Shown one piece after another: positions 50,534 to 64,000 of a stretch of DNA of 64,000 nucleotides. The translations under genes and the position numbers were made by a program. The stretch covers positions 317,115 through 381,114 of the forward strand of contig CBDCCZ010000004.1 of assembly GCA_965215005.1 (NCBI GenBank), given 5' to 3'. The stretch's first letter is position 1; every line of letters starts with the position of its first letter. The DNA is from Kofleriaceae bacterium. Lineage in GTDB: Bacteria; Myxococcota_A; Polyangia; Haliangiales; Haliangiaceae. The notes under the pieces were generated by a model, which worked only from the letters and a program-made list of their open reading frames with translations, was not told the origin of the DNA and did not search any database.

Positions 50534-51999
50534 TCCAGCTCAGTTCGCAAGATTTCCTCTACCAGCTACCGCTGCTGGTCTTGATCGTCGTCGGTCTGCT
50601 GCTGATCTTGGCCGAATCGTTCTCGAGCGGGCGCCAGCAGGCAAGTCTGATGGGCCTGACCGTGGCGGGATGCATTGGCGCGTTGGTGGCCTGCATCTTC
50701 GTGTATCGCCAGGTTGGCGAGGCCACGGTGCCGCTCATGGGCGGCATGTTGCTCGCGGACCAGTACGCGTTCTTCTTCATTGGGTTGTTCAGCGCTGTCG
50801 CCGCAGCCATTGCGCTCATCAGCCCAGGGCATCAGCGCGAGCACGACTGGGTCCACGGCGAATACTACGGGCTGCTTTTGCTAGCGACTGCGGGCATGGC
50901 GATGTTGGCCATGGCCGGAGACTTGGTTGTCGTGTTCCTCGGCATCGAGACCATGTCACTGGCGGTCTACGTGATGACGGGCTCGCGGCGGCGATCACGA
51001 CGGTCCACGGAAGCGGCGCTCAAGTATTTCCTCATGGGCGCGTTCGCCACGGGCTTTTTGGCTTATGGCATTGCGTTGATCTACGGCGCGATCGGCTCGA
51101 CGAACCTGTTGGTGATCCAAGCGCAACTACCGCTGCAAGCAAGCAACCCGTTGCTGGTGATTGGCATCTTGGTGTTGGTCGTGGCGTTCGGCTTCAAGGT
51201 CGCCGCGATTCCGTTCCATATGTGGGCGCCCGATGCGTATGAGGGCGCTCCGACGCCCGTCACCGGTTTCATGGCGGCGGCGGTGAAGGCCGCGGCGTTC
51301 GCCGTGATGCTGCGGTTGTTTGGCGACATCTTCGCCGGCGACGTCATGCCCTATGGGCGAATGGGCTGGGCCAGCTCGATGGTGGTGCTCGCCGCGCTCA
51401 CCATGACGGTTGCCAACATTGCCGCGCTGCGGCAGGCAAACATCAAGCGCATGCTGGCGTATTCGTCCATTTCGCATGCCGGCATTTTGCTCACCGGCGT
51501 GGTCGCGGCGGGGCTGGGCGCTGGTGACGAGGCCCGCTCCGCGGTGATGTATTACTTATTGGCCTACAGCGTGACCACGGTGGGGGCGTTTGCGGTGGTG
51601 TCTTGGATCGGCTCGCGCGGCCATGAGCGGCTGGCGGTCGACGATTGGGCAGGCCTTGCGCAGCGTCATCCGGGCGCGGCCTTGGCGATGACCATCTTCA
51701 TGCTGTCGATGGGTGGGTTGCCGCCAACGGCCGGCTTTTTTGGCAAGTTCTATTTGTTCAAGGCCGCGATGCAGGTTGCTGATCAGCAGCTCTTGTGGCT
51801 GGTGATCCTCGGCGTCGTCAACTCCGCGATCAGCATCTTCTATTATCTGCGCGTGGTCATGACGATGTACTTCCGCGAGCCGGATGGGGAGTTCCGCGTC
51901 GAGCGCACCGGCGCCGTGAGTCTCGTCCTAATCGTCTGCGCATTGGCGGTCATCGAAATGGGAATCCTGCCCGGGTTCTGGCTTGGCCTCACCAACTGA
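50530..51999 (+). CDS. nuoN: NADH-quinone oxidoreductase subunit N
   Basis: 'EAALKYF', 'FKVAAIPFHMWAPDAYEGAPTP', 'KRMLAYSSISHAG', 'PPTAGFFGKF'. Confidence 0.96.
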   Translation: MIQLSSQDFLYQLPLLVLIVVGLLLILAESFSSGRQQASLMGLTVAGCIGALVACIFVYRQVGEATVPLMGGMLLADQYAFFFIGLFSAVAAAIALISPGHQREHDWVHGEYYGLLLLATAGMAMLAMAGDLVVVFLGIETMSLAVYVMTGSRRRSRRSTEAALKYFLMGAFATGFLAYGIALIYGAIGSTNLLVIQAQLPLQASNPLLVIGILVLVVAFGFKVAAIPFHMWAPDAYEGAPTPVTGFMAAAVKAAAFAVMLRLFGDIFAGDVMPYGRMGWASSMVVLAALTMTVANIAALRQANIKRMLAYSSISHAGILLTGVVAAGLGAGDEARSAVMYYLLAYSVTTVGAFAVVSWIGSRGHERLAVDDWAGLAQRHPGAALAMTIFMLSMGGLPPTAGFFGKFYLFKAAMQVADQQLLWLVILGVVNSAISIFYYLRVVMTMYFREPDGEFRVERTGAVSLVLIVCALAVIEMGILPGFWLGLTN

Positions 52000-54043
52000 C
52001 AGTCTGCTCGAGCTCGGACACCTCTACGGAGTCTTTACCGACTATCGCGACGGGCTCGGTAGCGAGCGCCGGGCTTCTAGTGAAGTTCTCCTGAGCGTTC
52101 TGCAGGCGCTGGGAGCCGACATCGACCGCGTCGAGCAGGCGCCGGCCGTGCTGCAGCGCGAGCTGCGACGCCGCTGGTCTACGCTCGTTGATCCGTGCGC
52201 GGTGGCCTGGGGACAGCAGCCGGCACAGCTAGAGCTTCGCGTCCCCGAGAGCGCGGCGGATGCCAGCTTCGTGATTGACGTCACGCTCGAGTCGGGTGCG
52301 TCTCACCAGGCGCGCGGCCGTCTCGATACGTGCCGCGCAAGCGAGCGCGTCATCATCGATGATGCGGCGTATCGCGTGTGTCGGGTCGCGCTGGGGTCGC
52401 TGCCGCACGGCTACCATCGGCTCGTCGCTTGTGTCGGCGATCAGAGCGCAAGCAGTCATCTCATTGCTGCGCCGGAGGTGGCCTACGGTGAACCGCGCGG
52501 CGCTGCGCGCTCGTGGGGCGTGTTCGCGCCGATCTACGCGCTGCATTCAGCGGCCAGTCGAGGCGCTGGGAGCATCGCTGAGCTTGGCCGGCTATGCGCT
52601 TGGGCAGGTTCTTTGGGGGCACGCTTCGTCGGCACCTTGCCACTGCTCGCGGCGTATCTCGATGATCCGTTCGAGCCCAGCCCATATTCGCCAGTGAGCC
52701 GGCTCTTGTGGAATGAGCTGTATCTCGATCTCGACGCGCTCGCCGGTGTGGACCCGGCTGCCATCGGCGAGGCGTTGGCGAGTGCGGCCCTCGCGAGCGA
52801 GCCGCTGCGCGCCGAGCCGCTGATCGATTATCGCCGGCAGTATGCAGTGGTGCGTCAGGTTCTCGAGCCTGCGGCTCGGGCGGCGTGGGCGAGCGACACA
52901 ACCCGTGCAGCGCTCGAGCGGTACGCTGAGCAAGACCCATGGGTTGCCGATTACGCCGCGTTCCGTGCCGCCACCTGGAGCCAAGGAACGCATTGGGGCC
53001 AGTGGCCGGCTCGCATGCAAACGTGCCTGCAGCCGAGCGACTATCAAGAAGATGCGCGCCGATATCACCTGTACGCGCAGTGGGCAATGCACGAGCAGCT
53101 CGGTGCCATCGAAGACGCCAGCGGTGCTGACTTGTACCTCGACTTGTCGGTTGGCGTGAATCGCTTCGGCTTCGATACCTGGCGAGCGCGGCAGGACTTC
53201 GCCATGACGATGTCCGCCGGCGCGCCGCCAGACGCTTTGTTCTCGCAGGGACAGAATTGGGGGCTGCCGCCGCTGTCGCCCGCGCGGATGCGGCAGCAAG
53301 GGTATGCATACTTTGCGGCCTGCGTGCGCAATCACATGTCGCACGCGAGCATGCTGCGCATCGACCACGTGATGGGGCTGCACCGCATGTACTGGGTGCC
53401 CGAGGGAGCGCGCGCAACCGAAGGTGTATACGTCCACTATCACGCCGACGAGATGTACGCGGTACTGTGTTTGGAGTCGCATCGGCAGCGGTGCGCCCTC
53501 ATCGGCGAAGACCTCGGCACAGTGCCCCCGGAGGTTCGGCCGGCGATGGAGGCCCACGGAATGGCGCGGCTGCATGTGGCGCAGTTCGCCATGCCTAGTC
53601 ACGCGGCTCCGGTGATTCCTCGGCCGCCTGCTGGCACCGTTGCCAGCCTCAATACCCACGATACGCCGACCTTTGCGGGCTACTGGCAGCTGGATGACGT
53701 GGAGCAAATGCACGCGCTCGGGCTCCTCGATGAGGTCGGGGCAGCCAACGCGCGCCGCGAGCGCCGCGAGCAGCTTGCGATCACCGAATCCCTCGTCGGC
53801 GAACCTGGCCCGATGGCTGCGATGCGAGCCGTCACCGAGGCCATGGCGACGAGCCCGGCGGAGCGCTTCCTGGTCAACCTCGAAGACCTGTGGCTCGAGC
53901 CGGCGCCGCAGAACGTCCCCGGCACCAGCTACGAGCGGCCAAACTGGCGCCGCAAGATGCGTCCCTCGCTCGAGGAGCTCGAGAGCGATGCCGAGGTGCT
54001 GGCGATATTGCGCAGCGTCGACGGCCGCCGCCGCGGCACTTGA
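51983..54043 (+). CDS. malQ: 4-alpha-glucanotransferase (GH77)
   Basis: 'PSPYSPVSRL', 'LYLDLSVG', 'GAPPD...GQNWG', 'LRIDHVMG', 'GEDLG', 'NTHDTPT', 'QNVPGT...NWRRK'. Confidence 0.93.
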   Translation: MASPTDSLLELGHLYGVFTDYRDGLGSERRASSEVLLSVLQALGADIDRVEQAPAVLQRELRRRWSTLVDPCAVAWGQQPAQLELRVPESAADASFVIDVTLESGASHQARGRLDTCRASERVIIDDAAYRVCRVALGSLPHGYHRLVACVGDQSASSHLIAAPEVAYGEPRGAARSWGVFAPIYALHSAASRGAGSIAELGRLCAWAGSLGARFVGTLPLLAAYLDDPFEPSPYSPVSRLLWNELYLDLDALAGVDPAAIGEALASAALASEPLRAEPLIDYRRQYAVVRQVLEPAARAAWASDTTRAALERYAEQDPWVADYAAFRAATWSQGTHWGQWPARMQTCLQPSDYQEDARRYHLYAQWAMHEQLGAIEDASGADLYLDLSVGVNRFGFDTWRARQDFAMTMSAGAPPDALFSQGQNWGLPPLSPARMRQQGYAYFAACVRNHMSHASMLRIDHVMGLHRMYWVPEGARATEGVYVHYHADEMYAVLCLESHRQRCALIGEDLGTVPPEVRPAMEAHGMARLHVAQFAMPSHAAPVIPRPPAGTVASLNTHDTPTFAGYWQLDDVEQMHALGLLDEVGAANARRERREQLAITESLVGEPGPMAAMRAVTEAMATSPAERFLVNLEDLWLEPAPQNVPGTSYERPNWRRKMRPSLEELESDAEVLAILRSVDGRRRGT

Positions 54044-54261
54044 TACGCTGGAGCGTAGCGCCGGTCGCTCATGACTCGTTCATCGCGCCCTCAATGACAC
54101 CGCGCAGTGGCCTGAGCGAATCCAGAGCCGACGCTTCGAGGTCCTTGGGACGGCGAGCGCGGCGCCGATCTCCTGGGAAGGCGGGCGCGGCCTGACGCTG
54201 CAAATGGCGCAGACGCGTCTGGCGCGCGAAGCGCGGAGCCGTGCCGGGGTAAGCTCTAGCG

Positions 54262-55086
54262 ATGAGCTTGCCGCTTGCCGACCGATGGATTTCCGATGAG
54301 GTCGCCCGGCGCGTCGAGCGTCTCGATATTCGCACCAATGACTTCGGCTTCGATCGCTGGGGCGTCTCATCGAAAGCGACGCGGCGCGCGCTCGCTGTGG
54401 CTTGGTGGTTTTATCGCCACTACTTTCGTGTCGAGACGCTCGGGCTCGAGCACGTGCCCGCGGGACGGTCGCTACTCATCGGCAATCACTCGGGGCAGCT
54501 GCCCTTCGACGGCGTGTTGGTGGGGACCGCGTTGGCGATGGAGGCCGAGCCGCCGCGCTTTGCCCGCGCCATGATCGAGAAGTTCTTTGCCACGCCGCCG
54601 TGGCTCAACGTGTGGATGGCGCGCGTTGGCCAGCTCATCGGCCTGCCGGAAAATGCCGAGCGGTTGCTTCTCGAGGAGGACGCCGTGGTGTTGGTGTTTC
54701 CCGAGGGCGCGCGCGGCTCCGGGCGCGTGTGGCGCGACCGCTACAAGATCCTTGGCTTTGGGCATGGCTTCATGCGGCTTGCGCTGCGCACGCGGACGCC
54801 AATCGTGCCGTTTGGACTGGTCGGCGCCGAGGAAGCGTGTTTGAGCTTCTCGCGCTTGGCGCCGCTGGCACGCCTGCTCGGTACGCCGTACCTGCCGCTG
54901 AGCCCGCAGTTGATACCGCTGCCGCTGCCCACCAAGATTCACATCCGCATCGGAGCGCCGATGCACTTCGAAGGCCGCGGCGACGAAGACGATGCGGACA
55001 TCGACATGATGGTTGCCGAGGTCGAAGCTCGCTGCGCTTCACTGATGCAGGAAGGGCTGGCCGCTCGGCGCGGAATATTCCGCTGA
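54262..55086 (+). CDS. Lysophospholipid acyltransferase family protein
   Basis: 'GNHSGQLPFD', 'VFPEG', 'TPIVP'. Confidence 0.88.
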   Translation: MSLPLADRWISDEVARRVERLDIRTNDFGFDRWGVSSKATRRALAVAWWFYRHYFRVETLGLEHVPAGRSLLIGNHSGQLPFDGVLVGTALAMEAEPPRFARAMIEKFFATPPWLNVWMARVGQLIGLPENAERLLLEEDAVVLVFPEGARGSGRVWRDRYKILGFGHGFMRLALRTRTPIVPFGLVGAEEACLSFSRLAPLARLLGTPYLPLSPQLIPLPLPTKIHIRIGAPMHFEGRGDEDDADIDMMVAEVEARCASLMQEGLAARRGIFR

Positions 55087-55103
55087 GCGGCCAGCGTCGG
55101 CGG

Positions 55104-56939
<1,836 letters not shown>

Positions 56940-57288
56940 GTTGACTGCATTGCGCGGTGCGCAGAACGAGGCATGCGACGGCGCGGGGTCGGTGCAAGAC
57001 CTCGCCGGCGCCCGCACCGAGGGCGTCCAGGAAAAACGGCAGGAACGCGCCGTTTCGTGCGTATGAGTGCTGAACCATCACGGCAAGCCGGGGCGTCTAT
57101 AGCAGCGGGCATGCCGCAGAGCAAGATGGGTCCGAAGCGGCGAGCCAGCGACGTGCCCTCCAAACCGGGGTAAATGTCGGGTTCGCTACGACTTCTGCCG
57201 CGCCATGCGTTTGCGCCAGGGCGTGATCCGTGCTCCGTGAGCGCGACGCAGGAGCACCTGGACCAGGTGCTGGCACAGCGTCTGCCCT

Positions 57289-57744
57289 ATGATGTCTGCC
57301 GTGTCGCAGTCAGAGCAAAACCCGCCCAAGCGGACCCGTACGGGTCGCATCGTGCGCACCGGCGTGAGCGGCTTAACGGCTACAGCCCTCGACGTTGGTG
57401 TGCTGGCGGGGCTCGTAGAGCTTGCAGGTGCGCCGGTTGCGCTTGCCGCGTTCGTGGGCGCGCTGTGTGGCGGCGTCGTGAGCTTTCTGCTCGGCAAGTA
57501 CTGGGCGTTTCTCTCGCCGCGGCCGATTGAGCCGCGGCAGATTCTGACTTACGCCATGGTATCGCTGGGGACGGCGGCACTGATGGCCGGTGCGGTCCAC
57601 GTTCTCGCGATCACCATCGGGATGCCCTACCTATTGGCAAAGGCGATCGCGGCGGCTGCCATATTCCTTCTCTGGAGCTACCCGGCGCAGGCCAAGCTGG
57701 TGTTTCCAGATGCCCAAGTCGCCGGCCGCCATACCAGTTGCTGA
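57289..57744 (+). CDS. GtrA-family small membrane protein
   Basis: 4 TM helices; 'ATALDVGV', 'KYWAF', 'YLLAKAIA', 'KLVF'. Confidence 0.8.
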   Translation: MMSAVSQSEQNPPKRTRTGRIVRTGVSGLTATALDVGVLAGLVELAGAPVALAAFVGALCGGVVSFLLGKYWAFLSPRPIEPRQILTYAMVSLGTAALMAGAVHVLAITIGMPYLLAKAIAAAAIFLLWSYPAQAKLVFPDAQVAGRHTSC

Positions 57745-57816
57745 GGTCTCGAGGGCATGGACGGCCGCGAGCGCTGGTCACGGCACGCTGGTCGATCTAC
57801 AGTGCGCGGCAGTCCT

Positions 57817-58191
<375 letters not shown>

Positions 58192-58358
58192 CGGGCTACT
58201 TTACGCGTCGACGCCAGCCTTGGCGTCTCCGCCGTGAAATGCGAGAGCATTGCTGCTCGAGCGCCTTCGCGGCGTCTGCTCTATCGCCTGTTGCTTTGCT
58301 AGCGGCTCCGCTTTCGCCGTGTCCCGCGGCGCGCCGCCGCGGGAAGAGTGACGCGAAG

Positions 58359-59096
58359 TTATCCTTCGGCGGCGTCGCTCGCGGCGCTAGAACGCATCTC
58401 TTCGGCGAACAGCAGCCGTTGACAGTGCGGGCAGCTCTCGATGCTCTCGACGCGGGCGATGATGTTGGCCAGCTGCGGCGGCACGGACATATGGCAGCCC
58501 TGACAGATGCCCTTGACGAGCGGGCACACCGCGAACACGCGCTTGCGCATGACGAACTCATACCGCTTGTAAATGCTTTGATCGAGCTGGCTCACCAGCT
58601 GGTCACGCCCCGCCGCGCGCTCTTCCGCCTCGACCTTCAGCTCGCTGATACGCTCGATCAAGCTGGATTCCTCGGCCTGAACGCTATCGCGCAGCTTGCC
58701 GACGTCTTCCTCGTGCGCAGTAATCTGGCCGCGACTCTTTTCGAGCGCCTCGATGACTTTGAGGACCTCTTCTTCGCGCTCAGAGATGGCGCGGCGCTTA
58801 TTCTCGACCTCGCGACTCGCCGCTGCGTAGTCCTTGGCGCCTTTGGACGCCTGCAGCTTGCTCTTGGCCTTGATCAGCCCCTCCTGATCGCGGCGGATCT
58901 GCTCCTCCTGATCCGCCTTCCAGCGCTCAGTATCGGCAAGCCGATCCTTTTCGGCCTGCAGCATCGTCTCGAGCTTGGCGAGATCCTGCTTGGCGGGCGC
59001 GAGCTTCTCAGGAAGCGCTAGCATCGAAGCGCGCAGCTCCTGGACGCGAGAATCAATGGTTTGAAGTTCGAGGAGGAGCTGGAGTTGTTCCTTCAA
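58359..59096 (-). CDS. Coiled-coil / C4 zinc-ribbon protein (DUF164/CT398-like)
   Basis: 'LLELQTID', long coiled coil, CQGC...CPHC. TTG start with an AAAGGA RBS. Confidence 0.88.
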   Translation of the reverse strand: MKEQLQLLLELQTIDSRVQELRASMLALPEKLAPAKQDLAKLETMLQAEKDRLADTERWKADQEEQIRRDQEGLIKAKSKLQASKGAKDYAAASREVENKRRAISEREEEVLKVIEALEKSRGQITAHEEDVGKLRDSVQAEESSLIERISELKVEAEERAAGRDQLVSQLDQSIYKRYEFVMRKRVFAVCPLVKGICQGCHMSVPPQLANIIARVESIESCPHCQRLLFAEEMRSSAASDAAEG

Positions 59097-59123
59097 AGCT
59101 CGTGCTGTCCTTTGGCGGTAGCG

Positions 59124-59200
<77 letters not shown>

Positions 59201-59278
59201 GTTACCGAAAGCGATAGAGGTCGCAAGGTAACGTTTTGCCGCGCCGTTTGCAAACCGCGGATGGTAACCTCCCCGGCC

Positions 59279-59879
59279 ATGAAGACGAGGGCATACGCTC
59301 CCTACGTGCGGCTCCTGGTGGTCTTCATCGCCGCGATCGCGGCGCTGGCTTCCGCCGGAAGTCAAGATCCTCCGCCGCAACCCCACCTATCGCTCCACGC
59401 CTCCCGCGTCCACGGACATGGCCGTCGAGGAAGCGCTTGGGCTTTGGCGCACCAGCTTTGGCCCGGTGAAGATCGAGCGCGATGCCTCTGGTGGCGAGAA
59501 CGCGGTGATGGGCGTTTGGGTGTATCAGCGCGATGGTCAAGAAGTGGTCGGCTACTTCGAGGGGACGCTAGCCGGCAACGTCCTCGAGCTACGCTGGCAG
59601 GAACCGTCGACAACGCAACCGCTCGTGGGCAGCGGCTACTTGGTCTTCGATCCCGGCGGTGAACGCTTCGATGGCCGTTGGTGGACGAGCCGGCGCGACC
59701 GCAGCGGTGACTGGAGCGGGTGGCGTGCTGAGCAAGAGGGTGGCTGGGGCGCCCAGGGCTCGTCGCCGGAGGCGCCCGAGGGTGAGGCGCCGCTCGATCC
59801 GGCAGCTGACGAGGCGCCAACAGCGGCGGAACCGCTGCCGGGACCACCAGGACCGCCGCCGCCGCCGCCGTTTCGCTAG
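59279..59879 (+). CDS. Hypothetical exported beta-rich protein; +1 frameshift in CCCC at 59381-59384
   Basis: Signal-like MKTRAYAPYVRLLVVFIAAIAALA joins 'TYRSTPPASTDMAVEEALGLWRTSFG...FDGRWW...' after removing one C. Pro-rich tail. Confidence 0.6.
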
Positions 59880-59888
59880 CGTTGCGAG

Positions 59889-61359
59889 TTAGCGCAACGT
59901 GGTGAGCGCGCCGCCGTACCCGCGGTCGCCGAAGTAGTCGGTCTCCATGCCCATCGCCTGGCAGATTGAGGTGAACAGCCGATTGGCGGGAACGGTTTGC
60001 TCGTTGGTGCCGCCCGCGTAACGGAGGTAGCGGCCGGTGCGGAAGGCGCCATCGGCGTTGCCGGCCATGAGCCACATCAGGTCGTTGGTTTGGTGGCCGC
60101 CACCGGTGCGCTGAAGGTTGACGTGCAGCACCATGGTGTTGTCGAGCATGCGACCGCCACCAACGTCTTCGGTGGCAGCGAGCTTGCCCACCAAGTACGC
60201 GAACTGCTCCACGAACCACTGGTCCACGAAGTTCTTGCGGCGGCGATGCGCTTCGCTGCGACCATCGGAGTGGGCCATGGAGTGGTGGTGGCGCAGTCCT
60301 TCTTGCGGTCCGCCGGCGGTCTCGTCTTCGGGGCCAATTTCCTCGCCAAACGATGGATCCCGGTCAACCAGCCACGGGAACACGTACTGGTTGTTGTGCG
60401 AGTTGGACAGCAGCATCGTGCCCACGCGGGTCATGTCACACGCCATTGCCGCCACCATCATGTCGAGCTGGGTGCGGATGACCAGTGGCAGCAGCTCGTT
60501 GCCGAACTGGCGGGTGTAGTCGAGTCCAGCTTCGGGCCGAGTGGTCGGCATACACGAGGCGCTGAGGGCATCGAGCTGTCTCTCGATCTGCCGCGTCGCT
60601 TCCAGATGTTGCTCGATGCGCGGGCGATCCTCAGCACCCACGCGCGTCGCGAAGCTCTCGAGCTGGCGACCCGTGAAATCGAGGATGCTGCGCCGCTCAC
60701 GCCGCACCCGCGTCAGCTCCGCGGTGCTCGAGCCGTCGCCGAACAAGTCTGTGTAGAGTTGCTCGGGGTCATCCCGCGGCGCCGGCGCGTTGGGCGTGCT
60801 GCCGTCCAGGCACGGGGCCGCTGAACGACAAATAGATGTCGTTGCCATTCAGCCGCAGCGGCCGCAGCACCAGCGAGCCAAATGGCAGCGCGGCGATCTC
60901 TGGCAGGCTCTGCGCCAGGTACTGATCGATCGAAGGATGACCGGAGGACATCTCGATGCCGTCGCTGATGCGCGGGCCGGGGACGCCGCGGGCGCCGGTG
61001 AGCACGAAGGGCAGGGCGGCGTGTCCGCCGAGGCTGCCTTGCTCGCCGCGGCTGGCTTTCCACTCTGAAACCGTGTCGCGGCCGTTGGCGATGTCGATAC
61101 CGCCGAGCAGCAAGATGTCATCGCGATACGGGATCAGCGGCCTCAGGGGCGCGTCAGCCGCGTCGGATATCTGCCAGTCGAGCTCACCGCCGCTGGGAAA
61201 GTAGTCGGAGGTGTAGCCGTTGGGCGAGGCCATGATGATGAGGCGCTTGGGAACGCCGGCGGCGCGGCGGCCGGCGCGCACCGGGTTGAGCATCGGCAGC
61301 AGCGCCGCACCGGCGCCGAGCCCGGCGAGAAAGCCGCGACGGGTGAGAGAACGACTCAT
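59889..61359 (-). CDS. DUF1552 family protein with Tat signal; frameshift near 60811
   Basis: 'LTRRGFLAG', 'PKRLII...PNG', 'SIDQYLA', 'SILD', 'ACDMTRVGT', 'MLDNTMV'. Confidence 0.82.
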
Positions 61360-62962
61360 GGCGACCCTCCTGGGGTGCGAAACGCTCGCGAGGTGGCGAT
61401 GGCGACCAACAGCTCGCGCACGTCGTAGCCGGCGGCGCGGAAGGTTTCGGTTGCCGACTCGAGTGAGTCGGAGTCGGCTACTTGCTCTTGGCGACCGAGT
61501 GCGTAACGCAGCCATTGCCGCGCAAAGCAGGTATAGGCCTCCTGCCGAGTCGCCAGCAGCTCGGCGAGGGCGCGAGCATCGCCGAACGGAGCTGACACGG
61601 AGGCGTCACTCATGAAGGTGAGGGCGCCGGTGGTGTCGATGGGGCTCTCGCCCTCGAGCTGTTGAAATCGCCCAATGGCGTCGAAGTGGCCAAAGGCGAA
61701 CCCGAGCCGATCGATGTGTCGGTGGCACGATTGGCAAAGCTCGGGGGCGGTGTGTTCTTCGACGCGCTCGCGCACGGTCACGCCGCCCATCGGCGCCGGC
61801 AGCGGCGGGATGTCCGCCGGCGGCGGTGGCAGGTGCTCACACAGCAGCTGTTCGCGGACCAACACGCCGCGAAAGATAGGATTGCCTTCGACCGCGTCGG
61901 CGGTGGCCATCAGCACGGCAGGCAAGGTCAAGAGGCCGGCGCGCTGGCTCGGGTCGAGCTCGACGCGAGTGAGCTCCTGCCCCCTCGACGGAATCCAGGC
62001 CATACACCGCGGCCGAGGAGGCGTTGGGCATAGCCATGACTGGCGGTGAGCATCGCGGTGAGGGTGCCCTCTTCTTCGAACACGGCTTGTTCAATGAAGG
62101 TGGACACCTCAGCGAGCATCGCGCGCCGCATCGCGTCGTCAAGCTCCGGATACAGGCTGGGGCTCTTGGGCTGCGTTAGGACCTTGTCGACGCGCAGCAA
62201 CTGGCGAAAGAAGTCGTCGACGACCTGGCGCGCGCGCGGGTCATCGAGCATTCGGCGAGCCTGGGCTTGCAGCTCGGCAGGATCGCGCAGGCTGCCGCTT
62301 TCGGCAGCGGCAAAGAGCGCTTCGTCGGGCATGGAGCGCCACAGGAAGTACGAGAGGCGCGAGGCGAGGAACCATGGGTCGAGCTCAGTGGCATCCAGCG
62401 CGTCGTGCTCCCAGTGGTAGAGGAAAAACGGCGACTGCAGCATCGCGCGAACGACGAGCTCGATCGCGCCGTCGAAATCGCGGCCGAGCTCGCCGCGGGC
62501 GCTCTCGTAGAGGCTGACCAGCTCTTCGAGGTCACCGTCGCGGAGCGGCCGGCGATAGACTTGTGGGCCAAGCTTGGCAAACATCTCGCGGGCGCATTCG
62601 GTCTCGCCGGTTGCCGGATCGCAGGGAAGCAACGCGGGCAGCTCGGCAACTACATAGGCTGCGACCTCTTCGGAGGCCTCCATGAGCTCGCGGACATGCA
62701 AGTCGGAAACGCGGCCAACCGTGGCAAACCCCGAGTCACCGGTGATCTCCGATGGGAAGTCTCGCGCCGGCGCGCCGGTGTAGCCGAACAGGTCGCGAAC
62801 GGTGTTGTCGTACTCGTTGCGGGTGAGCATGCGCAGCTGCAGCGCTCCGACGGCACCGTCGCTGCCGTCGGCTCCGTTGGGGCCATTCGAGCCGGGCTCG
62901 TAGATGTTGCCCTGGCATGCAGACGCAAGAGCAAGCACGAGCACGAGGAGCAAACGCATCAC
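61356..62962 (-). CDS. DUF1592-family lipoprotein (DUF1587/1595/1592/1588/1585); two +1 frameshifts near 62027 and 61982
   Basis: Lipobox LASAC, 'LTRNEYDNTVRDL', 'MLQSPFFLY', 'LASRLSYFLW', 'RAGLLT', 'CQSCH', 'GFAFGHFDAIGR'. Confidence 0.85.
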
Positions 62963-63106
62963 CAGGCGTTGAGCAAGTAACGGACCCGAACGCGCGTCCG
63001 CAACATGATGATTTCCTAGGATGTAGGGCCGATGAGGTAGCAGAAGAGCTGGGGGAGAGGGCCCCAGGACGTGAAGAGGCGAGACCCCAGCGAAGCGACG
63101 AAACTC

Positions 63107-63878
63107 CTAGCTTGGTCGCACGTTGGCTGAATTCTGCTGCGTGTGTTCCGCTGCGCGCAGTCCGCCCGCGAGGGCGACTAGACACATGCCGCCGACCACG
63201 GCGCCGCCGACGATATCGGTGGGCCAGTGGGTGGCGACCCACATCCGGCCCCACGGCTACCGCGCCGACGATGGCGACGGCTACAGTTATACCCACGAGC
63301 GCCTCGGTGCGCGACGAGGTCCTACGCGCGAAGAGGTAGGCGAGAAGGCCAAAGAATACGGTGCATTGGGCGACGTGTCCCGAGGGGAAGGCGCTGAAGC
63401 CGCTGTTGATGGCACCGTCGAGAACGCCGGTTGGCCGCGGCCGCTCCCACACCAGCCAGCCGCTGATTACGACCAGGTCGACCATCGGCACCGCGAGACC
63501 CAGCGCCAAGGCGTGGAGCGGACGTCGGTGTTGTCCCGCGAGCACCGCGGCGACGATGCCAGCTGGTATCAACACCACGGCGTTGGCGGGAACCGCCAGC
63601 CACAGCGCCATTTGCAGTGAGATCGGCACGCGGTCATGGACCGCCTGCAACAGCGGCGACTCCCAGCGCAACGCGCCGCTGCCCTCCGCGGCATCGACCG
63701 CCCAGCCAAGGAGCTGCACCACCGCAAACGCCACTGCCCAGCCGCCAAGCACCCACTGAGCCCATCGCCGCACCGGCGCATCGCCGAGGTTCTGGAGATC
63801 GCTGCGTAGACGCAGGAAGCTGCTCCGCAGCGCCTCGCCGGCGACGGTCCGGGAATCGGTGCGTTCGGCAAGAGACAT
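63107..63878 (-). CDS. PAP2-family membrane phosphatase; +1 frameshift near 63250
   Basis: 'RPRP', 'FPSGH', and 'RMWVATHWPTDIVGG' restored after removing one G. Confidence 0.8.
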
Positions 63879-63946
63879 GGTGGGACAGAGCGGCGGCGTC
63901 AATCTTCGGGAGGCGCGTGAAACATCACTGCGAGCGAGCCTCAGGC

Positions 63947-64000
63947 TCAGTATTCGGGAGGCGCGTAGAAGTTGATGGTCCGCAGCGGCTCGTCCGCGGC
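63947..64000 (-). CDS. 3' end of a probable cupin-domain gene (partial)
   Basis: AADEPLRTINFYAPPEY* resembles cupin_2 C-termini. Confidence 0.45.
   Translation of the reverse strand, partial: AADEPLRTINFYAPPEY

Noticed and set aside
63905..63966. 14-bp direct repeat TTCGGGAGGCGCGT x2 with a 34-nt spacer (CRISPR-like spacing)
   Set aside because: Only two short copies, one inside a coding 3' end, and no cas genes. I found no CRISPR array in the window.

Overview
High-GC bacterial DNA, probably Myxococcota (split nuoEF-JKLMN operon, DUF1592/DUF1552 pair, BREX-2 tail), in three blocks. (1) 1-18.4 kb is an anti-phage defence island. It holds BREX-1-type pglZ-brxL, with pglZ split by an intact IS66 (2591-5118, 8-bp target duplication CAACGGGC). 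A Sir2-HerA pair follows directly behind brxL, then a 5'-damaged BREX-2 tail (pglZ-brxD-brxHI) with a broken XRE/nucleotidyltransferase/XRE module inserted before the helicase. (2) About 20.5-41.3 kb is an unusual lipid biosynthesis and export cluster: phosphatidylserine decarboxylase, two RPH/PigC-architecture PEP-utilising enzymes, FAAL, ACP, an aminotransferase/acyl-ACP-reductase fusion, a CDP-archaeol-synthase-like protein, UbiA, amidohydrolase, GNAT, and an MMPL + LolA-like + outer-membrane barrel trio. This is my best candidate for an undescribed system: a fatty-amine branch coupled to an archaeal-style phospholipid head-group route. (3) 41.3-64 kb is mostly core genome: acyltransferases, nuoEFJKLMN (NuoL with a C-terminal PKD-like domain), malQ, typA, rnpB, a CAT-anticodon tRNA, DUF1592/DUF1552 and PAP2. 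About eleven single-base frameshifts, mostly in short homopolymers, suggest long-read assembly errors. All family calls come from motif recognition by eye; no database searches were run.
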